A DNA stretch of 64,000 nucleotides from Diadema antillarum (taxonomy: Eukaryota). Both the position numbers and the translations under genes were made by a program. The notes under the pieces were generated by a model. The model ran no database searches. It saw only the letters and a list, made by a program, of their open reading frames with translations, and was not told where the DNA came from. Shown in pieces: positions 52,301 through 63,650 of this stretch; within the stretch, counting starts at the first letter, position 1; each line of letters starts with the position of its first letter. The stretch lies in contig NW_027270944.1 of assembly GCF_040938485.1 (NCBI RefSeq), forward strand, positions 1,488,001 through 1,552,000, in the 5' to 3' direction.

Positions 52301-55300
52301 TCTATTTGCTAACACGGAGAAGTTTGTGCAAACACAGGACAGTAAATATTACTGTGTGCTCCTGAATTCAATGCATATACTGACCTAAATGTTGGTTCTT
52401 TTTACATCTACAAAGCCACAATGTCTGCAAAGCGGTGAAGCTGAAGTTGTCCTAGGCACTACCTTTTGAACGGAAGAAGGCTTTATGTGAGAGGGGTGAA
52501 AAGTGTTAAAGATGTGGCAGGCACATACAGATAAAAAGAAAGAAAATCATAAGTTAGATAAGATGATGGCAAAGAAGTGCAGATACTGTCCATGTCCTGT
52601 GTGTCTGCATGTATTATATTCATGAACATTTAGGAGAGCATGCTGGAGAACCCTCCTGTCCAAATAACGCACACAGATACAATATCCGATACATTTGCTT
52701 AAGATCCGATACAAAAATGCAGTCCAATTTAAACCACAAGTGTTCCAAGCTTTCTATATGTCACCATACCTCACACGCCCTGCTGGCCTCCTCTGGATGA
52801 TCAAACTCAACGAAAGCAAATCCTTTGGAGTCACCTGTGGACTTGTAGCGAGGCAAGCTGGTGTACACTACGTTCCCACAGTAGGAGAACGTCTTTCGCA
52901 GCCAGTCATGATTTACTTTCTTCGGCAGATTCTCCTAAGAGAGAGAGAGAGAGAGAAAAACAAAAAAAGGAGAGAGTTATAGAGGAAAAACATTTTAAAA
53001 ATACACTCTTAATATACAAAAACAACAGCAGACAAGAAGCGCAACTTTGGAGCAAAGTCGCTCTAAAGTCAGGTATCTGACTGTTCTGGTAGGCCTACGG
53101 TGTGGACAAGTTGACATTTAAATAATACATAATAATACATTCTGCTTCTATAGCACATGTTACATTGAAGTCTCTATGCGCTTTACAACAATTCCTATAA
53201 TAACAATACAATGAGAAAATACATATGTAATACAATACAACTAACTACAAAAACAACAAAGAAATTACAAGAAATGACCAAAGTATTGATTAAATAAATA
53301 CGTCTTTAGTTTAGTTTTGAAAGTCTCTTGTGTTGGTGCGGTGCGAACAGAGATGGGTAAGGTATTCCATAGGGTGGGTGCCATGACAGAAAAGGAACTT
53401 GAGCCATAGTATTGAGTGTTGAAACGGGGGACTTGAGGAAGTAGTTGGTGTTGTGATCGGAGAGCACGAGGAGGTGTGTAGACGTGGATGAGGTCAGAAA
53501 TGTAGGATGGAGGCAAAGCTCATCTGCACCATATGACACAAATTACTCGCTGACTAGCCACAAGCCTCTAAAAAAAGAAAGTCATATCTTCAACTACTAC
53601 TTTTGTTTGTGTTCTCTTCTTTGGTTTCTGTGTCTCTCAATATGGGAAATTGTGTAGGTATGCATTTTTCTTTTCTTTTCTTTTTGCTCAAACATCAAGA
53701 ACTGCCATGCATTCAAGAGAAAATCATCTGGATTTATTTTCTCTATGCCCTCTCCCACATAACTGTAGATGGTTTAGTCTAGAAACATTTTTGTTACTTT
53801 TGTCTACATTATGTTTTATTTAACTCTTTATGTGCCATGTTGGCACACCCGACTCAGTCGATGGCGTCACGCGTGCCAAGTTCGCATATTCTGCTCAAAC
53901 GCACAAACCTGCCCAAACTGATCAATAAATCGCCAAATGCCATGGTACAATGAAAGCGTATCTCGCGATTCTATGCCTGTCACACATAGCTTGCATTTTA
54001 TGTGGTTATTGACTATCAAGTTTTGCAACCGACTCAATTTGAAAATAAAATTCTTAGTTTCTGTCACTGTTTTGGGTGCAAAAGACATGCTTCTTCACTG
54101 ATGTATAGCTACTGGTCATTGACAGAAAAACAATCATGGACTTGTCATACAATTTACATCAAAGCAAAGCTTGACAGTTTCTCTACAACACTGCTCAATA
54201 CATAACCAGGGTAACAAAAATATATATAAGTTTCATAGATTTCAAGAACAGAATGTTTTCCCAAAGTATATTAAAAATGACTATGTTACTGTCTCAGAAT
54301 ACTGTGGCACACAGAGGGTTTTCACCATGGCACATAAAGAGTTAACAATATTAAACATTGATGATACTGGTTCAAATTTTAACATTGGTTGTTTCTATCC
54401 CTAACTCATATTTTAGAACTATTTTGAAGCACTAAAGCTGGGTTTTTGTTTCATCTGCAAATAGTAAATAATGCCTTTAAAAGGCATTATTTCTATCATA
54501 GTAAATCTTTATCAATGAATGTTTGAAGGGACACTGATCTTAAACCTGTCTGCAAAGTTGACACAGCATAGCTTATTAATTTTGACAAACAAGGCCCGTG
54601 TCTTTGCAACAGGCCTGCGTCTTTGCAACAGTTGGCAAACCAACAGGTCTGCAAATGTTCTTGCAAGAGAGAAGACAGTCTCCTCCCCGGTACTTACAAC
54701 GTAAACAGTGCAATCATCAGGGTCATGTTTGGGTGGTTCCAAAGGCTTTTTCCTCCTAACTGACGACTCATCATCACTGAGCTCCAGAAGAGATGATTGA
54801 TGGATTGCTGCGACAATCACCTTCCTGTCCTGAGTCATGGACTTCATCTTGTTGAAATTGGCAAGAACATCCAGGGAGACATCTGCGGACACACAGCAAC
54901 AACATTAACAACATAAACATGCTGAAATTTATAAGTTGGCTCTAATTGATCCATAGTAGGCCTTCACTCAGTGTGCTGTAAAGCTGATTTCATTTACATG
55001 TTTAATCTGTGGCAGACCTTTACAAATTTTACTTTAAAAAAAGGAGGAAAAAAGAAGCACTGTGTGGTAGGAAACAACCTAAAGTCTAATTCAATTCTCC
55101 ATTGTGGCAAGTGTACATACAAGTTGTTCAATACAAGATTACACCTTACATAATTCTCAGTTTGTGGCACTTTGCTAATAGAGAATAATTGAATTGAAAG
55201 CAATAAATACATTCAAATGCATTTACAAACAGCTTCATTGTCTAGATGTTCAGTTTTGGAAAATTGTGATATATTGTATAATATACATTGTGACGTGTCT

Positions 55301-56070
55301 GTTATTCATCACATTCTGTTTACCTGGTACAATATACTGCTAATATGACCAAAAAAAAAGGGATAAATATTTATCAAAAGGACTCTTATCACATAAATAA
55401 AGGAAAATATGTAAACCTGCATGGGGTATGCCAGGTAAGGCCAAAAAAAAATATTTTGAGGACCTGAATTTTACCATATTAATCCCTGACAAGATCACTA
55501 TTATCAAAAAAAAAGTAATAATAATAATAGGAGGCGATGTCATGAATGTGTCCCCACCCTTAATCTAGACATTCACTGTATTTTTCTACTCAATGTAAAC
55601 TTTCATGATTTCCTTTTGAAAATTATCACTGCCCTGAAGTACAAAACATTATGATGAAGTTTTGATCAACCAAAAGGATACCAGTTACTAAAATGATCAT
55701 ACATGGATATCACTGAATTCAGCTAGTTGTGGTTTTCTTTTTTTTTGATCTGAGAGGTTGATAGTCACATTTTTAAAAGACTTCCAGCCATGGATATGGA
55801 AACAGTAGTCTTACATATAAAAGAGGAATTTTCTATGATTTCTTGTTCCAAAGAGAAGAGAAGCTTGTATCTCTATGATATATCTTATTCTTGGCACTAA
55901 ATTAGCAAAGCACCCCTCAGAGTCTTACATCCTTTCTCAGACTTTGAAATCTCTTGCATCAGGTATCGGTCCTTCCTCAAGTTTGCATCACTGAAGTAGA
56001 ATTCCACCTGTTGACAGATGTCCACTGTCAGTTTCTTCACACGTTTCCTTGGTCTCTTCTCGCTGTACAT
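46366..56070 (-). CDS. LARP7: La-related protein 7 (La motif, RRM1, charged linker, xRRM), about 709 aa
   Basis: Minus-strand exons 56093-55929 (ATG at 56070 inferred), 54882-54698, 52934-52770, 52210-51174, 50618-50486, 49505-49371, 48545-48383, 47623-47517, 46428-46366 (TGA), all in phase. Motifs [73 protein letters not shown]-stop. Confidence 0.95.
47702..47930. mobile_element. pogo/Tigger-like MITE (229 bp) in a LARP7 intron
   Basis: TA flanks; perfect 19-bp TIR CAGTCAAACCTGTCTATAG; internal G(A/G)CCACCTGTCTA repeats. Confidence 0.8.
50207..50365. other. Assembly gap (N run) in a LARP7 intron
   Basis: N characters; flanking exons are phase-compatible without it. Confidence 0.99.
53121..53530 (-). 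mobile_element. 3' end of an L2/CR1-group LINE (5'-truncated)
   Basis: ORF 53516-53265 (-) reads [42 protein letters not shown], typical of the L2-group ORF2 C-terminus; followed by TGTAAAGCGCATAGAG and an (ATGTATTATT)2 tail. Confidence 0.8.
53824..54341. mobile_element. piggyBac-like MITE (518 bp) nested in a Kolobok-like repeat (host about 53759-54476)
   Basis: TTAA on both sides (53820-53823, 54342-54345); perfect 16-bp TIR CTCTTTATGTGCCATG. Confidence 0.8.
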
Positions 56071-56178
56071 CACTACTTCTTGAGATGCCCTGGCTGAAGA
56101 AATTTTTCTACCATCAAGAGTAAAGAATAAAAGGGTAAAAATTTATGGCAAAAAAGAAACGTCACTTTGGGCCCTTAA

Positions 56179-56263
56179 CCCGTTGAGGACAGACTGATTT
56201 TGCTACAACACGCATTTCCCATAGACACCTGCCCGAGTATACTCCGGACTCATCCTCAACGGT
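56179..56263. mobile_element. Very small piggyBac-like MITE (85 bp)
   Basis: TTAA|CCCGTTGAGGAC ... ATCCTCAACGGT|TTAA. Confidence 0.65.
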
Positions 56264-56272
56264 TTAAGGTTT

Positions 56273-57097
56273 GTTGACCCCTGCCTGTGACCTTTGACCT
56301 TGTGGTGACCATCCACTCCCCAAGGGACATCTACCATCTAAGTTTAGTCACAAATGGAATTATGGATCAAAAGTTATGACCCATAATAGAAACGCGCCAT
56401 AAAAACTTAACATTAGGCTCTAAAAGTTTGTTGACCCCTGCTTGTGATCTTTGACCTTTGACCTTGTGGTGATCATCCACTCCCCAAGGGACATCTACCA
56501 TCTAAGTTTAGTCACAAATGGAGTTATGGATCAAAAGTTATGACCCATAATAGAAATGCACCATAAAAACTTAACATTGGGCTCTAAAAGTTTGTTGACC
56601 CCTGCTTGTGACCTTTGACCTTGTGGTGATCATCCACTCCCCAAGGGACATCTACCATCCAAGTTTAGTCACAAATGGAGTTATGGATCAAAAGTTATGA
56701 CCCATAATAGAAACGCGCCATAAAAACTTAACATTGGGCTCTATAAGTATGTTGACCCCTGCTTGTGACCTTTGACCTTGTGGTGATCATCCACTCCCCA
56801 AAGGACATCTACCATCTGAGTTTAGTCACAAATGGAGTTATGGATCAAAAGTTATGACCCATAATAGAAACGTGCCATAAAAACTTAACATTGGGCTCTA
56901 AAAGTTCGTTGACCCCTGCCTGTGAGCTTTGACCTTGTGGTGACCATCCACTTCCCAAGGGACATCTACCATCCAAGTTTACTCGCAAATGGAGTTATGG
57001 ATCAAAAGTTATGACCAATAATAGAAACGCGCCATAAAAACTTAACATTGGGCTCTAAAAGTTCGTTGACCCCTGCCTGTGAGCTTTGACCGTGAGG
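56273..57097. repeat. Tandem array of 157-bp units (5 full plus 1 partial) in LARP7 intron 1
   Basis: GTTGACCCCTG unit starts at 56273, 56430, 56594, 56751, 56908, 57065 (spacing 157, 164, 157, 157, 157; the 164 unit has a duplicated CTTTGAC). Confidence 0.95.
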
Positions 57098-57113
57098 TGA
57101 CTTTCATATATAG

Positions 57114-57417
57114 CAGAGACTCCAACTCTCCCGTTTTCGACGGGAGATTTCCCGCCGAAAACCCATTTTTGCAAAATCTCCCGTTCTCCCGTTCGAGATT
57201 TAATTTCTCCCGCCCTGGCTCAATGTCTCCCGTTGTAAAGGATTTCTTATTTAATTGCTATCGTATGTTGCAAAAATAAGCCTTAGATAGCACCAGAGAG
57301 CATCTATAACCCTAGGAACTTCGCGCTTCGCACATATAAACTTGGAGTCTCCCATTTGCTAGGGGTTTCAGGCGGGAGAATCTCCAGATCAGAAGGTGCT
57401 TGGGGTTGGAGTCTCTG
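57114..57417. mobile_element. Non-autonomous TIR element (304 bp) with apparent 6-bp TSD
   Basis: Perfect 13-bp TIR CAGAGACTCCAAC / GTTGGAGTCTCTG; ATATAG on both sides (57108-57113, 57418-57423); repeated TCTCCCG subterminal motifs. Confidence 0.8.
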
Positions 57418-57489
57418 ATATAGTAAAATGTGAAACTTTGTATGACCCCTCTTCCCTCGAAGTTTGATTGCAATTGAAGCCCAGAGTAA

Positions 57490-57621
57490 AGAGTTATTGA
57501 AGTTTTTGTAGCATTACGGACGGACGACAGACGGACGACGGACGGACGGACGGACGGAGGACGGACAGACGCCGCAGGCGATCCCTTAGTCTCCCCACAT
57601 CTCCGGTGGGCTCAACAAAAA
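57490..57621 (-). mobile_element. 5' terminus of a HINE-like element that probably hosts the 157-bp array (host about 56150-57621)
   Basis: Minus strand begins TTTTTGTTGAGCCCACCGGAGATGTGGGGAG followed by a (GTCC/CGTC)n microsatellite, the typical HINE/DINE-1 layout. Confidence 0.6.
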
Positions 57622-58329
57622 TGGAATAATGTAGATTTATGGCATACCATCCACGGATGACCATGAGATGTATCAAATGAGTTTTTGCTCTGCTACTTGA
57701 CTTGACAAAGGACGGGCATTTAAATAAAGAGTAGGAGAGAAGACCCAAGTAGTTTATGAGGAATACAATATCCACACAGAGCAGAGACTAGAGAAAGATA
57801 AAATAATTGCAGAAGCAAGGCCAGCAACATCCAACAAGGTTTGGCAAACAAACATGTTCTAGAATACATTTTCTGTCACCATGTAAATTTCACTGGCCAG
57901 CGTGCAGTAAGTCAATCATGCTACACTGCATACATTGTATAAGCTAGATACAGATGGAAAGCTTTTAAGAGTGGGTCTTGGCAACGACATGAAAATCGAT
58001 GTAGATATTGACAGTGGCTGATAATCGACTGGTTCAGAATGTACTTGAATGATTGTAAATAAGCTAAAATAAAGTATATCCTGTGATTTTGATGCAATTC
58101 GGGCAAGCGGAATTCAAGACATCTAGGTGATTACGAAAGTAAATTTACATTTTCATATCAACACCGAGTCTGGATCTTCCCCTCTCTAAATTCAATTTTA
58201 TTCTACATCTTTTCTAGATAGATTCTTTCTGCCATTCTAACATTACAATCATACATGTTAAATTTAGATCAAAACTTATAATAGACAGGGCCGGGCTCAG
58301 CTGCGCTCCGGCTTTCAATCAACGAAATA

Positions 58330-58886
58330 CAGTGCACTCCCGTTACAATGAACACGGTTATAACGAAATTTCGTTATAACGAAGTAAAACTTCTGGTCCC
58401 AAAATTATCGCCATTAAAGTCTATGGTACAAAATTCGCTTATATCGAACACGGTTATAGCGAAATTTTCGTTATAACGAAGCCTTTTCCAAGCACCACTG
58501 ACAAAGAAAACAAAAGAAATGTGCCCCGTTATAACGAAATGCGGATCGCTTTTGAAAATACGTAGTGGAACAAGGCATTTACAGCGTCTCTGCATGGGCG
58601 AACGCGTCACATCACGGTGTGTTCGCTTGGTGTGTCACGCAGAGTTTCCGAGGGGAACTTGTGTTATTGTAATACAATAATCTGAAATTGATTAACTATT
58701 TGTTTTATTGTTTACATAGCTTTCCAGTTTATGACGAGTATTCAACAAACAGAACATCATGTATGCGTGGCTTCCTTTTTTTTTCGTTGTACAAACGATA
58801 TTGTCTTTGTTCGGTTATAACGAAATTTCGTTATAACGAAAGAAAACTGCCGGTCCCGAGCATTTCATTATAACGGGAGTGCACTG
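58330..58886. mobile_element. pogo/Tigger-like non-autonomous element (557 bp)
   Basis: TA flanks; TIR CAGTGCACTCCCGTTA(C/T)AATGAA; many TTATAACGAA subterminal repeats. Confidence 0.85.
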
Positions 58887-59257
58887 TACGCTTTGGCCTT
58901 TGAATACTAAAATCCTTGTGTCTACCTAGGATTTAGAACATTCATGAACATGCCATGGCTATTTTGCCCAGTGTACACTAATGTGCTGCTAACCGCACCA
59001 GCGACCCCGACCCAACACGTACAGCGCCCCGCGCTGGGGTTAATACAGAATAACTAAATAAGGCTGCATGCTCCATACACGCTCCAATCTAAAACGTTAG
59101 ATACAACAAACACATAATTCAGCACACGGGACTGTGCAACGTAAGCTGGCCGTCTTGAATTAATGTTGTCATCATACGAGTCAGTGGATCTGTGCAGACT
59201 TATATTTAAGATTTCGATTTGAGCTTCTTCTTAAAGTATGAAAACACTGAAGCTTAC

Positions 59258-59350
59258 CTCTTGCACTACTTTTGAGAGGCTTCACACTTGTTTCTGTGCT
59301 TCAAAACGACAGAACAGCCCTGACTTCGTTGTCGGCAGAACGCTGCTTTG
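59258..59350 (-). other. LARP7: Candidate non-coding first exon of LARP7
   Basis: Strong minus-strand donor (AG|GTAAGC; CTTAC at 59253-59257 on +) with no ATG in the adjacent exon-like segment. The 5' boundary is a guess. Confidence 0.4.
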
Positions 59351-59761
59351 CAAAAGTGATATGAATATTCGTTACGCATTTATGATGAATATTCATTGCG
59401 TATTTAATACGATGACTGTCACAAAACGCCCCCCCCCCCCCTCAAAAAAGTATGATACAGTTGTTGTATTTAAGAATCTATATATATGATTATATAATCC
59501 TACTAGTATATATAATATGATATATAATATAATATATAATATATATATTTAATATAAAACATTTCCCACTTTTGATCCTTATATAGGCCTATATGTGTGT
59601 GTGTGTGTGTGTCAGTGTGCCGCGGTTTTACCAAGAAAAATGTCTTTGTCCCCGATACACTAATTCTACTTTAGAAGTAGAGGTGTATTGGGGACAAAGG
59701 CATTTTTCTCCTCACTTACTCATTATAAGCTCTTTGATCGGGGATGATACTACGTACCTGA

Positions 59762-59926
59762 GGGCCCGTTGCATAAAAGTTACTATTATGGTAACTTTGC
59801 CATCCAATGGTAACTTCCATGGAATTCTTGATTTTGATTGGCTGTTGAGTATTGTTGCCATGGTAGTTACCATTGGATGGCAAAGTTATACCATAATACG
59901 TGTAGTAACTTTTATGCAACGGGCCC
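59762..59926. mobile_element. Foldback Harbinger-like MITE
   Basis: Nearly wholly palindromic: GGGCCCGTTGCATAAAAGTTACTA..TAACTTTGCCATCCAATGGTAACT.CCATGG mirrored on the right arm. No clean TSD. Confidence 0.7.
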
Positions 59927-60832
59927 AAGTTGTATAAAAAAACCAAAAAAACATTTCCCACTTTTGATCCGTTTATATTCAAAAACGTTACATCATATAA
60001 AACTGTCCTGGATATGAGCAAGGAGTTTCAAACACTTTGAAGCTCCTACTTGATATGACTGCTATGAGTAATGGCCGAATAGTGTATCATTTAGTTGGAG
60101 GTGATTTAAATATGAGAGCATGAATCTGTTTTGTAATGTTGGTCAAATTTGAACCCTCTGCACAAAATTGAACTTCACGCAAGAACCAATAATCTGATAA
60201 TGCCACCTTACCATTGCTAATGTCGAGCCCGAGTGACTGTCCTCTTACTTAGAAACACCCAGAATATTGTCAACTCGGCATTGTCATCAACGCGCCGCGG
60301 CGCAGAAGTTACTCCACACTAATTTGCTGACAATACATGTACAGCAATTATACCATATCAACATATACATCCAAAACGAGGGTAAAGCATGAGCTAGTTG
60401 TGCAGGCAGCTCTCCGAACTTAGAAAACAAAACTTTTAAGCGAAATGGGGATATGTTAACAGCAGACCATTTTTAAAGTCGGAGAAAAAACGGGCGCGAA
60501 CGGCAATAGAATGTACTAGAATATCGTGTTAGAAATGCATTTTATATGATGCTGGAAAACATTACATTTTAATACACGTTCATATATTTGGATAGCAACA
60601 AGTATGTTTACTTTTCTACTGTATAATATTGTTATATCCGAATGTGTGTGTCTGTGTGTGTGTTTTTGTGTTTGTGTGTGTGTGCGTGTGTGTGTGCTCT
60701 GTGTAAGCATGCGCCATGAATACAGTGCTTCTAGTACAGATATTGTTGTACTGTAAAAGCGTATTACATGTATAATCGCTTACAATTTCACTGGCAAAGG
60801 CACACTATATATTTTGTGTCTTTGTTTATATC

Positions 60833-60875
60833 CTGATGAAAGCCTAATGGCCGAAAACTTGAGAACTAAATAAAG
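60833..60875 (+). other. Degenerate minimal hammerhead-ribozyme-like motif (Penelope-like element remnant?)
   Basis: CTGATGA (60833-60839), A-AGCC-TAAT-GGCC, GAAA (60853-60856), then ACTTG and AATAAA. Confidence 0.35.
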
Positions 60876-61544
60876 GAAAGCGAAAGCAGAAGGTACGTCT
60901 GGACCAATTGAATGCTACTATCTTACGCCTATATTATTTATGTGGTAATCATGTTTTTATTAATAAGTAAAAACAAAGGACATGTTGACATAATCCAGGT
61001 CCTTGGTCCTATTCTGGACACAATATGGCAGGTAATGACACACTTACAAACACTTACAGTGAATAAATAACGATATAGCTATATTTACAACAGATTTGTG
61101 AGGTTGACAACAATTACACAAAACTAATTAATTGACCGTACATTTCCCCACGCAGTACATAGGCTCCTACTCTCTATTACATTTCTGATTGCTAAAGTGT
61201 TAATCGACTGTACTAACTTTATATTTTCCTGGATACGTATTAGATAATTTTGAGTGTTTAAGTTTCAATAACCAATGACTCATTTCGTTAAATTGTCCAG
61301 GATGCTCCATCACATTTTCTAACTAATCAAATGAAATTCGATTAAATCATTATATTTGTCCGGGATACATGCATTTCCAAGTGTTCGCGCGTCAATCCAA
61401 TTTTACTAATCTATACACTATAAGTGACAAAATGTCAGTCCAGTAAATCATCATCCATTATTAATGTAATAATTCTATACAGCTGTATTACTACATAATA
61501 GTGTCTTTCATACTTACATATTATACATTTCTAAGTGATTAAAG

Positions 61545-63495
61545 CCCCCCCCCCCCCATTCTGTTCTTTTCTTGCGGAGAATACGGTGAATGATGAAAGC
61601 ATTGCATATCTATATACTATACAGCTATATCTAATGTTTTTAATGTCTTGATAGAATGCAGTGGGACTTTGTTGGGACTTATTCTGTTTTGAGTAGCCAT
61701 TTCAGTTGTTGTTTGTTTTCAAGTGTTACCTGCCCCCTTGCTCCGATCTCGATGACAAAAAGGAAGGCTTATAGCCCTTGCGTTGTTAGTTTATTTAATA
61801 CTATTTTGTATTGGATCTCTACTTTTCTTTCATGAGCGGCCTCAATGTTAGGTTCGAACTTCGAATGGTACTGTCAATCCAACAGAATGCTTTAGGATTT
61901 GCTTAACTCTTTCTAATAAGAGTACTGCATCTGGTCGTTGAATAGTTGTAACAATACGTGGGGTGGAATCGTTCCGCCTGCGTGCCACTTTGCACCCATC
62001 TAGATCAGCGTATATGACATGACCAGTGGGAGGAGACTCTTTGGTCGTATGGTAAATATACAGAATATATAATATATTGCAATTTGTTGTTATGTCTCCA
62101 TTCGCACCTTTCCAAAAATGCCGGGCAACTGGACAAAATGATGGAGAGTGCCGGTTGTATTTGTGGACCATATACGCATTTGTTTATTAACCTTTTTCCC
62201 CCATCTATAAAGATTTGCATACTATGCATTATAGGGAGTGACATGCATTTGTTACAAAACTGAGAACCCTTTTCGGCAAGTTGATATACACAATTGATTT
62301 CCAGGTGAGATTTTCGTCAGAAAGGTCCAGGAGCTTTACAAATTAACCTTGCACCAGCAGCGGCTCGATGCGTTTTCCCCAATACTCGGTCATATTGTTT
62401 TCAAGTGCCCCTTGATCGTTTTCTTTACAGAATTCCACTTATCATTATCGACATCAATGGTGTCTTTGGCCTTTTGCAGACTTTCATGACAGTGGGCCAT
62501 CACTGACTGCTTATAAATTTAACTATTGTACATAGTTCTCGCTTGAGAGTACAATCAAGTGCGTGGTTTACCAAATTGTCACCTTTTATTCTTGACCGTG
62601 CGTATAAAGGGTATGAAATTCACGGTATAGTTTTTTTTGAAAAAAATCTTTGATAGACGGTCAAGATCTTCTAAATGACATTTTGGAGTGAGTGAACCGT
62701 TAACAGAAACCGGATGGAGGGTTGGAAGTATTGGGTGTTTATGGCAAGCTTAAACTCTGGTCTTATCGCTGCCCTGTCGATTCTCTCAAGTTTAGACTCG
62801 ATTTCGCTTTGGACATGTTCTAGAATATCTTTTGTTTTTTCCGGAGAAACAAATCTGGGCCCCTAGAAGAGTGAGACCCATAGTAGAACACGCTGCTGTT
62901 GTAGCTGATCGATTATCTTTTGGTGTTGTACTTTGTTGCTAGTGATAAGGTTAAAATCATCTGCATGGGGGTAGTGATCACTCTCGTACCTTTTAAACTA
63001 TTATGATCCGTGTTGTTCTTTTAACTTAGACAAATATTCGATCAGAGGAATGAAGCATGCTAAAAATATTTCCACCGAAAGAGGGTCCCCCCGGAAAACG
63101 CACCTCTCAAAATCAAACTTCTCTGACGACCATTTACATCCAGTAACCGTACCCTGAAGTCTACTGTATAGGTTCTCAATATACGATACAACGTTGTTTG
63201 GAAAATCAAATCGTTTCATATAGAGAATGGGTGATAAGATCGTGACTTACACTGCCAAAAGCATCGGCTAAATCAAAGAACGTTGTATGCACAGTTCGTT
63301 CGCTTGATCTGTCAGCTATGGTTTCTTGGACAACTAGGTTATGCTCAATACATCCATTAATTCCAGTAACAAAGGCTTTCTGAATTGATCTTTATCTATT
63401 AACTCATTATCCACTCAGTATGCTACCATCCGATTTGCTGTAATCTGATGGAAGACTTTACTTGTGCAGGACGTAAGTGAGATCATTCTTAAGTT
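61545..63495 (-). mobile_element. Decayed RLE-class non-LTR retrotransposon (R2/NeSL/HERO group), RT and endonuclease remnants
   Basis: Minus-strand frames with stops and frameshifts give RMISLTSCTSKVFHQI, IQKAFVTGINGCIEHN, FFDLADAFGSVSH, VFRGDPLS, ADDFNLIT (RT); ILSSCP..WRHN (Zn knuckle), YADLDG..QRPDAV..LTVPFE and EIGARG (restriction-like endonuclease). Confidence 0.85.
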
Positions 63496-63522
63496 TTAAG
63501 GGAGGGATGTGTGTGTGTAAAT

Positions 63523-63650
63523 NNNNNNNNNNNNNNNNNNNNNNNNNNNNNNNNNNNNNNNNNNNNNNNNNNNNNNNNNNNNNNNNNNNNNNNNNNNNNN
63601 NNNNNNNNNNNNNNNNNNNNNNNNNNNNNNNNNNNNNNNNNNNNNNNNNN
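63523..63650. other. Assembly gap (N run)
   Basis: N characters. Confidence 0.99.

Noticed and set aside
46366-56093. miRNA cluster in LARP7 introns analogous to vertebrate miR-302/367
   Set aside because: No recognisable miRNA sequence or non-TE pre-miRNA hairpin seen by eye; a small-RNA search would be needed to exclude it.
56273-57097. Tandem arrays as CRISPR-like repeats
   Set aside because: Units are wholly repeated with no unique spacers, no cas genes, and the genome is eukaryotic.
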